NCBI GenBank assembly: GCA_011109175.1
Contig: RDEW01000077.1
Coordinates: forward strand, 121,133 to 165,531
DNA: 44,399 bases
DNA from: Dicyema japonicum
Taxonomy: Eukaryota; Animalia; Dicyemida
Direction: 5' to 3'
Shown here: positions 26,200 to 36,679 of the stretch, piece by piece
Layout: every line of letters begins with the position of its first letter
How positions within the stretch are numbered: the first letter of the stretch is position 1
Translations under genes and position numbers: made by a program
Notes under the pieces: model-generated
Databases searched by the model: none
The model's input: the letters and a program-made list of their open reading frames with translations, nothing else
What the model was told of the DNA's origin: nothing

Positions 26200-27250
26200 C
26201 ATCTTGAAAAAGTCATGACTACCTCCTAAAACCTGCGTTGACCCTTGAACGCTCTAATGATAGGATACTCCTGATCTGCATGGAATTTCGACCTTTCCCT
26301 ATCGAGGATTGAGAATACCAATTTAATCGAATGGAAAACCTTCCGTCTTCCTTTATTCCCCATCTCTCGTCAACCTTATATCAGAAGAGTCCACAAGAAA
26401 CAACAGCTTTTTATACGTCTCTGCAAATAACCAGGAAACCTATTTTGAAACAAAATTGATCATGCAGATGAACACTAATAGAAACGCCCTTAGTAGAGCT
26501 ACTTTGATCGAGTTCTTTCCAGACGTATTGCCTTGAAATAATGTGATTGTTGATGTACTGAATGAGAGGAGTCTGAAAATTGAATTTATCCTTATTGGAT
26601 TCAACTGAAGACTCTTATCTCTTCTGTGATATTCGCAAAGTGTTCGACGTCGTTTCTGGTAGAAACTAACTTAAAAAATCCTAATCGGAAATCCTTGGAA
26701 ACTTTAAACTCACGTTGGAAAATTTTTCATTACTTGAAGGGACCGAGGTAAATAAATAAATGATATCTTTCTTGTTTGAATTCTACATGATTGCAGCTGA
26801 GTTGGCCACTGTCGATGACCTGAGAACTTTTTTTCTTACGTATTTAGGAACGAATTCTCATTTAAAGAGTTACTTCCTGTTAAAATTAATATCCATGCAA
26901 AACAGGATCGTTAGACCGACATGATGGATAGACTCATTGACTTTATAGATGTTTTATGTAATCTGAGGTCAAAATTGTCTCTATCTCTCTTGGAGAAACA
27001 AATTGAGTGCATCTTTTGAGGTACTAAATCGACATATCACATATATAGTTGAAGACCAACTGAGTTAAATCGAGGTAACTCATAAATTATGAAAATTTTG
27101 AAGTCAAGGGGTCAACATCAAAACAAGTGAGTCCCTCATTGACCTGTTATAACTTTGTTGATGTGAAGCAAACTATTACGGAGCGTCTAGGATTTAGTAC
27201 AATACCGTGAAGCTACCTTGATGTTATGTCTGATTCACGACTTTTCTTAA
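26200..27250 (+). mobile_element. Decayed LINE RT (its 5' part is also at ~7310-7597)
   Basis: CDIRKVFDVV (RT domain 3) near 26625-26655, with downstream degenerate RT remnants. Confidence 0.5.
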
Positions 27251-27450
27251 GGATTATGCTTTATAACTTTCCAACCATTATTTGCTTATATTAATGCTTA
27301 TTTCGACGTCAGTAGCATTCCAAAAATCGTAAATACTAACACTTTCTTAGATTAAGGGAGATCAGTTTTAATAGGATTAATAAAGTTATTAATATCTCCT
27401 CTCCTTTTCTAACTCGTCTTTATCGGACTCTTTTCAACCACAGCTTTATG

Positions 27451-27630
27451 TTATGTTGTCCAATTAAGTCGTGTCCGACCCTTGTATATCTCATGAACGA
27501 GTTTCCTCCACTCTCCCCGATCCGTTGCATTTTGGAGTAGCCTTGATGTAGGCATTCCCGTGACGTCTTCCACCGTGGATAGCCACCAGTCCTCGGTTGG
27601 CCAGGTCTTCTCTCCAGTATAGGGAAACAT
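27451..27630 (-). mobile_element. RTE 3' end of BovB-like type
   Basis: RRPGQPRT / WLSTVEDVTGMPTSRLLQNATDRGEWRKLVHEIYKGRTRLNWTT*. Confidence 0.7.
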
Positions 27631-27769
27631 GGAAAAAGTTGAATGAAAGAAACTAGTTGAAATAATAATGGGGAGAACAACACAAGCGAAACCATAAGTA
27701 TTCACATGCTTATAGTGCCTTAAACTAATTAATTTTTGTGTCATTCCTTTAATCTCTTTCAGGTCTTCT

Positions 27770-27900
27770 GGATATAGTAACTTTTATTTTAGACTGCGAT
27801 TGTAAAGAAAAGCGACGCACGTCAGATCGAGCGGCTTCTCCAGTTGATTTCTGTTGCAATCGTAAGAGGCAACGTTGATAATGTCGCGAAGACCACTTTG
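27770..27900 (-). mobile_element. CRE-like RLE 3' fragment
   Basis: KSTGEAARSDVRRFSLQ resembles the TGExRxxxFLxQRISIA terminus. Confidence 0.4.
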
Positions 27901-27962
27901 GATGGATTATTTGTTTATTTCTTAAAGTAAACAACTAATTAAGTGTATCCAGTTTCCACTTA

Positions 27963-28608
27963 CACTCTATCCCATAAATGATGACCCAATTCCCATAAAT
28001 GTTGACCCAATTCCAATAAATGATGACCAATTCCCATAAATGATGACCCAATTCCAATAAATGATGACCCAATTCCAATAAATGATGACCCAATTCCCAT
28101 AATGATGACCCAATTCCCATAAATGATGTCCAAGTTATACTAATTAAATAATTTAGGAAAAAGTATTTTATTCAATTAATCTGTTATTAATTCCATGTAC
28201 CCTTTCCCAAAAACTGTTGTAATATGAGGACAAATTCTCGGATTCGAGACCACTCATAACAAATCCGATATTTTTTAGCAATTCTCCTCTTACAGTTGCT
28301 TTTGGTACATTTCTTTATTTTTCTTTTTTCGGCCTACTTTCTTGTAAAGATCACGGAAAGTAGGATCCTCGAGTTCACAGCTTTCGATTTTTTGAATACA
28401 CCTGTTCAAACTCTTTTTGCTGATCGAGGTGATCTCAATCAACTCTTCTTTTGTTTTAACTTTATAAAGTCTTTTAATTTGATTAAATAGACTTTCGTTC
28501 ATAAAAAACCTTGCGACTTCTCATATCTGTATTAGTTGATACCATAATAGGGGAAATTAAAATATAGATTTACTCGTGTATTATATATATAACTTGGACA
28601 TCATTTTA
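27963..28608 (-). mobile_element. Tc1/IS630-like non-autonomous element at a TA site, right terminus defective
   Basis: TA at 27961-27962 and 28609-28610; inverted match aaatgatgtccaagttata (28121-28139) vs tataacttggacatcattt (28588-28606). ORF 28290-28502 is HTH-like (ELIEITSISKKSLNRCIQK...KVGRKKK). Confidence 0.55.
27971..28136 (+). repeat. Minisatellite, ~8 x 21 bp (cccataaatgatgacccaatt)
   Basis: Head-to-tail units of 20-21 bp with no spacers. Confidence 0.92.
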
Positions 28609-28969
28609 TACAGAAACAGAGTCCATCCGGAATCAGCATAAAAGGTAAGACGTCCATTACATGCAGTTGTGGAAACCCCTCCAGTGCAGTGGGGAAGAGC
28701 AAATGATCCTTTTTCGTGCCGGACTGGTACTGGGCGTCACCTAGACAGGTGGATCACATGACGCCACTCTATTAGGAAGAGAGGAGGAGCAGAGAAGCAA
28801 GCAGAAAACTTCAACCAATTAACCACGCAGCACCACATGACGCCACGAGGCGTGAGATAACTTTGGATGAATGACTGTATTATTATTATTATTAAGCCAA
28901 GAGCACCAATAGTTAAGTTAATTAATTATTTATTAATTTTAATTAAATAAAAATTAATAAAATTATTAA

Positions 28970-29800
28970 TTCTTCGAAACGTAGCTTTTTGTATGCTAGT
29001 GTAATTCTGAGTTCGATTTCAGGGTCAAGAGCGTATCGGTATTTATTTTTTATATATAGTAGAGATGAAAAATCCAGATTCACATAGTCAAGTCGTTGCA
29101 AATGGAACTAGAACTTGCAATAAACTCAAATTTCTAACCGTATCAATAAACATCCAAAGAATTTGAGTCGTTACAACGTTTTCAGTGATGTAGACGCTTG
29201 CATTTCAATCAAACTGTCTTTATCCTCATCTCTATAGCCCATATTCTCTATTTTGAAAGCAAATTGGTAACAATAAAGGCAGAAGCTTTAATGTTTAAAA
29301 TTGAAAATTATCCATCAAATGAATTTTAAGCCTTTAAGATGATTGTTGATTTCTGTTTTAATATTTTTATCAAAGGTCGAGTTGGATTCAATGGCGATTT
29401 CATTAATTGTTGGAAAATTGGATAAGTCGAGTCCAAACAACAGTTTATTCCTGAAGGCACGTAGATTGTCAAAAGCATTAATATTGCTCATCCTTTCCCT
29501 TGAATTGAAAGATTAATTGAAATGTCAGCCAAATATGCCAAAAATAACAAAATTTGGAGATTTGAAACAATCAGGTAGTTAGAGTTTTTTTCAAATGAAA
29601 ATTGTTCGATTTCAAGTCTGAGAATAAAAATCTTGTTAAAACACGACCTCTTGACAGCTATAAAACACGACCTCTTGACAGATATCTAACATCGGTATGA
29701 TACAAGAGAACAGTGACGTCTGCCTCCAATGAAATTCACGATTTTGATACACGAATTTAAGACATCTTTTAACTTAATCGGCAAAGATTTCGATTTTTTG
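28970..29800 (-). mobile_element. hAT (Charlie/FAM200-like) transposase, C-terminal half
   Basis: LKDVLNSCIKIVNFI, KIFILRLEIEQF and the dimerisation-domain remnant DFSSLLYIKNKYRYALDPEIELRITL. Confidence 0.8.
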
Positions 29801-29929
29801 TTTTTAGTATTGAATAATAAATTATTAAAAATATAAATGTATTTAAATTCTCTTATATATTTTATTTAAGATCATTTGCATGCATGTACGAGTATTCATG
29901 ATTTTTAAAATTATTTCTCGCACCACTAG

Positions 29930-30190
29930 GGGGAGGTGTTGGACTAATAGGTCATCAGCATATGATAAGAGGAAATTGTCTTTATTATCGGGTTGTGGTA
30001 AATCGGACATATATAAGTTAAATAAAGCGGGTGATAAAAAAGAACCTTGTGGGACACCATTGAGAAGTAATCTTGAAACTGATTTGGTTCCATCCATTTA
30101 TTCTCGAGTCCTTCTTCCAATGATGAAGTTAGCAACCCAGAGTTTTATATTTGGGTACCGTGGAGCCAAGTTTTTATGGTTCTTTTAGAT
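29930..30190 (-). mobile_element. LINE RT fragment (domains 4-5)
   Basis: NGVPQGSFLSPALFNLYMSDLP...SYADDLL. Confidence 0.85.
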
Positions 30191-30206
30191 GGCTGACGAT
30201 TTAAAT

Positions 30207-31352
30207 CAGTATTTCTCAACGAGGGGCGATTTTTAAATTACTATTTTTTTAATTATGAAGTATTTATTGCAACTTTTTGATGCTACCTGTTAAAATATAA
30301 AAAATAGAAAACTAAAAAATTAAATCCAAAAAAATTAAAATCCAATGATACATTACCGTGTAATGGTTCACTGGCGGTGGATTCAAAGAGAATTCGAGAG
30401 ATGTTGGAGGCTGGGATCACTTAATTTAGCGAGTTGTTTCTTTTTTAATGGTCTTGGGGTTTTAAAATAAATTGCCATGTGATGTTGAGTTTTCTAACGA
30501 AGCGCTTATTCCATCTCGTTTATTAGAACGCGCGCAACGCAAGCATCGTGAATCACAATGAAAAGATATTGAATTAAAAACCTAAAGCAAAAAAGATAAA
30601 AATTACTTTATTAATAAATGCCAAAAATACGCAATCTATTCATGATTTTTTATTCATATAAAGCCGCAGAAATTGTCGTCAATGCTTGTTTTTTATTATA
30701 AACGACCCTCTTTGTCTAGTGTGTCATACTTCCCTGTGTAGAAATGTCTATAAAACATATTCCCCATCTGTCGAAAGAATATTCAAATCCCTAATTTATT
30801 AAGAAGTGAATGAAACCTGAATTTAAAACATGGATGATTAAAAGTTTAAAGTAATGGATTTAAATCAAGCAAGCATCATGTGAGTCATAATACAGAGTTA
30901 ATCTTAGAAGATAGCGTCTTTGGCCTGAAGACTCCGCTCTTCTCGACGACTACAGGCTGTTTATAGAATCTAGTTGAGAGGCTGTCATATTTTCTTATTT
31001 TGAAATTCACTAAAGTTTAATCAGCCTCACCAGCTTTCAGCCTAAAAGTCTTGACTGTAAAAAGGTGTCAATGCATACCCCATCGTAAATCAAGCATTTC
31101 CCCGAAATAGGGGGAAGATAGTTTCTCTGGCGTTTTCATCTCCACGGTCCAGACTCACCGGTTCCACCTCAATAGAGCGCTTCACAACCCTGTTGAAGGC
31201 GGCATCCCTCGGGAACCGGCCACTGGTGAGATGCAAGATACCGTGTGAAGCCCTTGTAACATTACTATAATTATCATTAGGGTAGGCGATAAATTATTGA
31301 CAGGGGTGAAAATTATTTCATACAGGCAATTAAAAAAAATTGAGAAGCACTG
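30207..31352 (+). mobile_element. Non-autonomous hAT element with nested retroelement fragments
   Basis: TIRs cagtatttctcaa / ttgagaagcactg (11/13); 8-bp TSD atttaaat (30199-30206) / attcaaat (31353-31360); remnant YSYKAAEIV...VILPC...KHIP. Confidence 0.75.
30900..31260 (-). mobile_element. CRE-like RLE fragment nested in the hAT element
   Basis: VKRSIEVEPVSLDRGD...TIFP and KIRKYDSLSTRFYKQPVVVEKSGVF remnants. Confidence 0.65.
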
Positions 31353-31669
31353 ATTCAAATAATTTAAATAAAAAAATATTCTGTTTTAATTAACAATAAA
31401 ATATTATTTATTAACTATGGGAGAGAGCGGCTGCTGACATTACGAAGTAAGCGTTTCCGCGGAAAACTGTGATCCCAATTCGTTGCCTCAGCCAGACCGC
31501 TTCCCGCACGTCTTTATTATGGGGCCAATTTCCCCCGATTTCCTTTAGGTAAGAGGCTGTAATACTGTAATACTAGTAATTTAAATAAATAATTAAAAAA
31601 ATTAAATTATTCCAAAGACCAAGGAAATAACCAAAAAAATGTCGTTGACGAGGACCTCTGAAATTTCAA

Positions 31670-31990
31670 ATGAAATTCTGGATACACGATGGAGGCTTTT
31701 CGGTCATATTCTGCGACTGACCTAGATGTCCCCGCGAACTTAGCCATGGAAAATTACTTCATGTTGGAAGCCCCCCGTTCCCGTGGTCGCCCAAGGACGA
31801 CACTGCCAGTCGTTCTCGACGAGGACTTCAAAGATATGGGACGCCATCTTGGAAGTGGAGAGGATCTTTACTGGTTACGCACTGAGGCTTCGAATAGGAG
31901 GAAGTAGATGAAACTAACTAGTGATTTGCTAACTCGTGTTGTACATGCTTTGTCGAGTCCTATGACATGGTGATAAATTCAAATAATAAT
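31670..31990 (+). mobile_element. RTE-clade LINE 3' end
   Basis: DTRWRLFGHIL / DVPANLAMENYF...RGRPRTTLPVVLDEDF. Confidence 0.8.
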
Positions 31991-32277
31991 AAGGATATAA
32001 CCAAAAAAACTAATTATTTGACTCAACGCGTTCTAGCAGACTTTCGCAAGTACAGTGATCCAGAGGACAATGTCCGTGGGGCTGAGGTCGATTTCAGAAC
32101 ACTTCTTCAGGAACCGAAATTGTTTCGCTGAAATGAATAGAGGATCCGTTTTAATGCCGCCTGCCTTGGCGTCTCCTGATAAGTGGATCCAATGACGCCA
32201 CCAGAAGAAAGGAAGTGATATCTTCAAACAAGTAGCCACAGTGAGCACCACATAGCACACAATAAATGAAATGATAA

Positions 32278-33476
32278 CAGTCCGACCCTTAATTGGGGCA
32301 CAAGTGCCCCAAAAACAGGGGTTTAATAAAAACAGAGATTTTAAACATCAAAAATCAATTTTAGAATAATAATCAGTTAATTTATCCCCAGTTATCCTTT
32401 TACTTCTTACATTTTTCATAAAATTAAGTCGAAAATCGTAAAATTCTTTGAGCATTTCAGGAGATATTTAAAAAATTTTCTTCTCTAACTGATCAAAAGA
32501 ATCTTGAATTTTAAAAAGCTCATTGATGTAAGTCAAGTCACATGAATTTTTTTCTCCACAAATTGATTTGAATTTCAGTTCATGTCGCTTTTTTAAATCT
32601 GTCAAGCAGCCGTTAAAGCTTTGAAAGTATCAAAATCCAATTTTGAAGCCATATATAAGGCAATTTTCTTTATGAAAAGGACCTGATATTGGAACCTTAT
32701 CTTCGCGTAGATTCTGAAATATTTCAAAAACTTGATCATCGAATTTAGATTCTCACAATAAGGCATAAGATCCTCATCCTTGTTCAGAAAGGTACACTTG
32801 TTTTTTTTGAAATCATGCCTTTACTAGTTTTGTATTTTTTATTATCTGTCTTTCAGATAATTTGTTTTTCAATATCAATTTAGCAATCGTTAATTTTGTT
32901 TCGTAGTTAATAACCATTCACAACAAAAAATGTAAATAAACGTGTAAATTAAAATTATATATTTATTAATAAATATAATTTTATTTACTTATTTGGTTGC
33001 TTCTGCTTCAGACCCAGGACATGCTTCGAGCAGGCCGAGGAACGAAAGAGGAGGAAGTACCAGAGAATTTCGGAGGAGTATATATTTGTTCCATTCGCGG
33101 TGGAAACGTCAGGAATCCTTGGCCCCCAAGCAGATGAGTTGGTTCGTAAGATCGGCTCCATGATTCAAGCTGTGACCAAGGATCCGCGAGAGACTGGTTG
33201 GTTCCGAGAACGTATCTCGTTGGCTATTGTTAGGGAAATAGCATGGCCATTCAGATGCCTTAATTTAATTTTTATTCATTTGATAATAAAATTTCTTTTT
33301 TATTAAAAAAAAAAAAAAACTTATAATTTCATTCCCCACAATTTTATAGTGCCCCAAAATTTCCATATTTTTTATCGATTTCCCATTTTACTCTGCCAAA
33401 AATGTTGGCCAAAAATATGCCCCAAAATGCGGGGGTGCCCCACCCCTGGGGTCTGCCCCAATTCGGGGTCGGACTG
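32278..33476 (-). mobile_element. pogo/Tigger-like DNA transposon, deleted, with a nested CRE-like fragment
   Basis: 23-bp TIR cagtccgaccc(tt/cg)aattggggca (21/23); TA at the right flank only; CENP-B-type HTH remnant DDQVFEIFQNLREDKVPISGPFHKKIALYMASKL. Confidence 0.8.
32993..33318 (+). mobile_element. CRE-like RLE 3' end with poly(A)
   Basis: EERKRRKYQRISEEYIFVPFAVETSGILGPQA...DPRETGWFRERISLAIVRE; A15 tail; possible TSD acttat (32987-32992, 33319-33324). Confidence 0.8.
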
Positions 33477-33568
33477 TATTTGTGGAGATTAATTAAATTT
33501 CACTTTTATTCTGTTAAATTTACGAATTAATTTTTTTATTTTTAACAAATTGACTCTGATTGCTATAT

Positions 33569-33688
33569 TAGTTTTTTTTTTTTTTATTAACAAAATTTTT
33601 TTTAACAATTAAACAAATGTCAGTTGAGGAAGCCTGCTGCGTGGATTGCGAACGAGTTCCCTCGGAGTATGGCTATTCCGATCTTTTG
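33569..33688 (-). mobile_element. Very short CRE-like 3' end, same family as 11440-11707
   Basis: ctgcgtggattgcgaacgagttcc shared with 11469; T14 run as tail; tattagttttttt on both flanks. Confidence 0.6.
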
Positions 33689-33999
33689 TCTATTAGTTTT
33701 TTTCCCAAATTTTCCTTATTACTTCTAACACTTTCATCAACTGACATTCTTTTACAATGAAAGGACAGCTTCTGCAACAAAGCATAGTATTCGCCGGTGA
33801 TTGAGGAAACTTTATGTAAAATCACTTTATATTGAAGAGGGACACTTTCTACTGACAGTGAACACTTCAACTCGTATTTTTTCAAAGCCACATTTTTTAG
33901 GAAAATAACATATCTGTTGTTTAATCCAAATAAAACGCAGTTGCAAAATATGGTGGGAATAATCATGTTCTTCACTGGTTCGTACAGCTGAGGAGTTAC

Positions 34000-34340
34000 T
34001 TTGAAGTTTTTCCGAGAGAATTGAGGTCGAATAAAACTAAAAACTTTGATTCTTCAGTTTAATTGGTCAGTTTATGATCTTTGATTTTATGAATGACTAT
34101 TATTTGTCCCAGTGGCCATTTGAGTTTGCGATAATACTTAGAGGACGCATCGTAGATCATAAAATTTACGGAATCGAGAAATGTCACATAATTTTTAGTA
34201 AGCTGAGGATGCGGGGGACAATCCCCAATATATTTCACAGTTCTTAGTTATTATCTTTACTTGTCGAGATCTGCTGGCCGATTCTATTCAACAAAATTTC
34301 TGGAATCAGTCTGCAGCATGTGATTCCACAGAAAATGGGA
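34000..34340 (-). mobile_element. Possible BEL/Pao LTR-retrotransposon integrase C-terminal remnant
   Basis: NSHFL...YRKLKWPLGQIIVIHKIKD resembles the BEL/Pao KWPLGRIxEVHPGKD motif; no LTRs seen. Confidence 0.45.
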
Positions 34341-34399
34341 ATTAAGGAGAAAAGTGAGTTTGAATGATAAGTNTAAAAAAAGTTAATAAAAAAGTTAAT

Positions 34400-34745
34400 A
34401 TATTTAATAATCAACAACCTTTCTCGCCTGCCTGTTCGCCAGCCTCCTCAGGCAGGTTCGATTCTGGTTGCTGAAACAACTCGAGAGCGCCTTATCCAAT
34501 TGAACCCTCTGCCCACATGGCATCTCCGGGCTCTGCCTCCTATACTCCAGTGTCAGGCTCTCTAGGGTGTGCTTTAACACAGTGGACTGTAGATAGGCCT
34601 GGAGCTTTCTATTTACCCCCAACTGCTTCAGATAACCCTTTTGGTACTTTGTTGCAATTCCTTCCCACGTCATTACTATAGGAATAACGAGGACTTTGCA
34701 ACCAAGCATCTGCCCCATCTCGTTTGCAAGAAAGTCCTTTTTTTC
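34400..34745 (-). mobile_element. RLE-type non-LTR element 3' end (R2/NeSL-like)
   Basis: EKKDFLANEMGQMLGCKVLVIPIVMTWEGIATKYQKGYLKQLGVNRKLQAYLQSTVLKHTLESL, an open frame to the stop. Confidence 0.7.
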
Positions 34746-34899
34746 TCCACCTCCACAGTCTGCAAACGTAAATTTGATAAATATATTCATTTTGTATTTT
34801 TATACATCATTTGAATATTTTTGGATTTATGTGGAAATATTAAAAAAGTTTGTCTTCACTAACCCTACAAAAGTTTTCAAGATTTGTGAAAAGAACAAT

Positions 34900-35265
34900 T
34901 CCCTTTGAAGTGATTGTTAGGAAAATACCGCCTAGATCTGATAGCATATTAGAGTACGTGGGATTCCGAGAATAACACCGAGTGAAAATTAAGAGGTTAT
35001 TGAGAATGACAAGGTTTGGTCCAACAATAATTTAATTTACTTCTCTACGAATCACCATAAAGAATAATAGTGTTCTGTATTCGATCTATTAACCTCGAAC
35101 CCACAAGAAAATAAAATTTATCGTCTAATTAAGTGATTTCTGTATCCATACCAAGCTTTCTTCTGTGGTTAGTTTTTGAAACCTGGTTTCTGCAAAGGGA
35201 AAGGTTTCTTCTCCCATCTTAGGCAGGCTTCTAGATATGGCTCAACTTCCGGTCTGAGTTAATTT
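34900..35265 (-). mobile_element. Decayed LINE C-terminal fragment
   Basis: RPEVEPYLEACLRW...PQKKA resembles the RPxLEYAxxxW...VQRRA segment. Confidence 0.35.
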
Positions 35266-35269
35266 TCTT

Positions 35270-35417
35270 GGTAATTTAATTTATTAACCCCGGATACACC
35301 GAGAAAGAAGTTAAAGTAAACAACTAATTAAGTGCATCCAGTTTCCACTTCTACAGAAACAGAGTCCATCCGGAATCGACATAAAAGGTAAGACGTCCAT
35401 AATTGCAGTTGTGGAAA
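35270..35417 (-). mobile_element. SINE-like family, 5'-truncated copy
   Basis: Near-identical to 10745-10880 (ccggatacaccgaga...gcagttgtggaaa). Confidence 0.8.
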
Positions 35418-35809
35418 TTACTGGCTCATTTCCAAGTTCTAATAAAATCAATGAACTGTTATAAATTACCCAAAGCTGATGCAAGTGTCATAAAAGCTAA
35501 GAATGAAGCTATGGGGGATAATTTGACTATTTTCATGGGGTCTACAAATCTCGACAACTTCAGTAGCATTACAGATTGTCACTGCAATTCTAAAAATGTG
35601 GATTTTTTAAAGCTTTCCTCCTACTTTTATTTCCAGATGTTGAATTTGGGCCTGACAGAATCTGCGCTTTCATACTATTAACGTTGTCGAACAATTACTC
35701 CAGATTTTTAAAAATTGTTTTTTTGAAGACTGTTTTTACAGTTTTAACGGGCTGAAATTTTTATTGCATAGAAAAAAAAGATTTATGGAATAAAATACAT
35801 CAAAAATAA

Positions 35810-36090
35810 GCCAACAGCTTATCCAAAAGATCGGTGAGAATTACACATTTGAACCAGTCGCAGTCGAAACTTCGGGAGTCATAGGAAGCAGGTCGTTAGC
35901 CCTACTCAACAAAATTGGATCGTTAGTCGCTAAAAGGAAGAGGGATGTCAGAGAGAAGGGCTGGCTCATTGAGCGCATCTTCTTATAGATCGTAAGGGGA
36001 AATGCGCTCTCAATCCTGAGAGCTGCCAGTAGCCTTTAACTATTTGGTTTTATTCTTCAATAAATTGTTATTGGTTTTAAAAAAAAAAGA
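35810..36090 (+). mobile_element. CRE-like RLE 3' end with poly(A)
   Basis: YTFEPVAVETSGVIGSRSLALLNKIG...REKGWLIERIFL*IVRGNALSIL; A10 tail. Confidence 0.75.
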
Positions 36091-36679
36091 TGAAATTAAT
36101 TTGAATATACAAAATATGATTGATAAGTTAAAAGAAGTTGGATGTGGATGTGCAACAAAAAGAACTGGAAAAACTTGCTAATGAGGAAGAAATAACTCAA
36201 ACAGAAACGCTTTACAAAAACAAAATCGTTACCCTATTTTTTATAAGGATTATAATATCGACGAGCAAATTATTGATGCTGAAAATGAAGAGAACGATGG
36301 AGAATTTTCACCAATAAAATTATTAAATGCAATTAAAAAAAGTACAAAATTCAGAAATAATAGAATCTGGAGCATTTAAAAATTTAAATACAATAAAGAA
36401 GATAGAAGTGTTAATTTAAAGAAAAAAAATCAATTTTTGTCAAACAGATCCTACCCGTGAGGCGAAGAATCCTTCTGGCACGACACAGTAGTTAAAAGGG
36501 ATCTTTTTATTTCTCCTTGACCAAATCTTATAATGAAGATTACCTTAATAATCAACTATCAAATAGTTTGCTTGGTAATGGATGAGCTCTTGTGGTTATT
36601 AGTACTTAATGACAAAAATAAATGATAAATAATGATTAATTTTTATATTAAATTAAAGTTATTTTACAGATTGAATAAT

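Larger units (their letters stand above)
16248..26485 (+). repeat. Segmental direct duplication, copy B
   Basis: See copy A. Longer because of two copy-specific insertions (16518-18196, 18969-20675); lacks the 572-bp LINE of copy A. Confidence 0.95.
27905..28829 (-). mobile_element. SINE-like family copy split by a Tc1-like insertion
   Basis: 27922-27960 plus 28611-28829 join to reconstitute ...ccagtttccact[ta]cagaaacag... of the 10735 family. Confidence 0.75.

Noticed and set aside
27971-28136. CRISPR-like array of 21-bp repeats
   Set aside because: The units are contiguous with no spacers, there are no cas genes, and the context is eukaryotic. It is a minisatellite at a transposon end.
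33673-33975. 100-aa minus-strand ORF
   Set aside because: No recognisable motif, a non-ATG start, and its end runs into a CRE-like tail.
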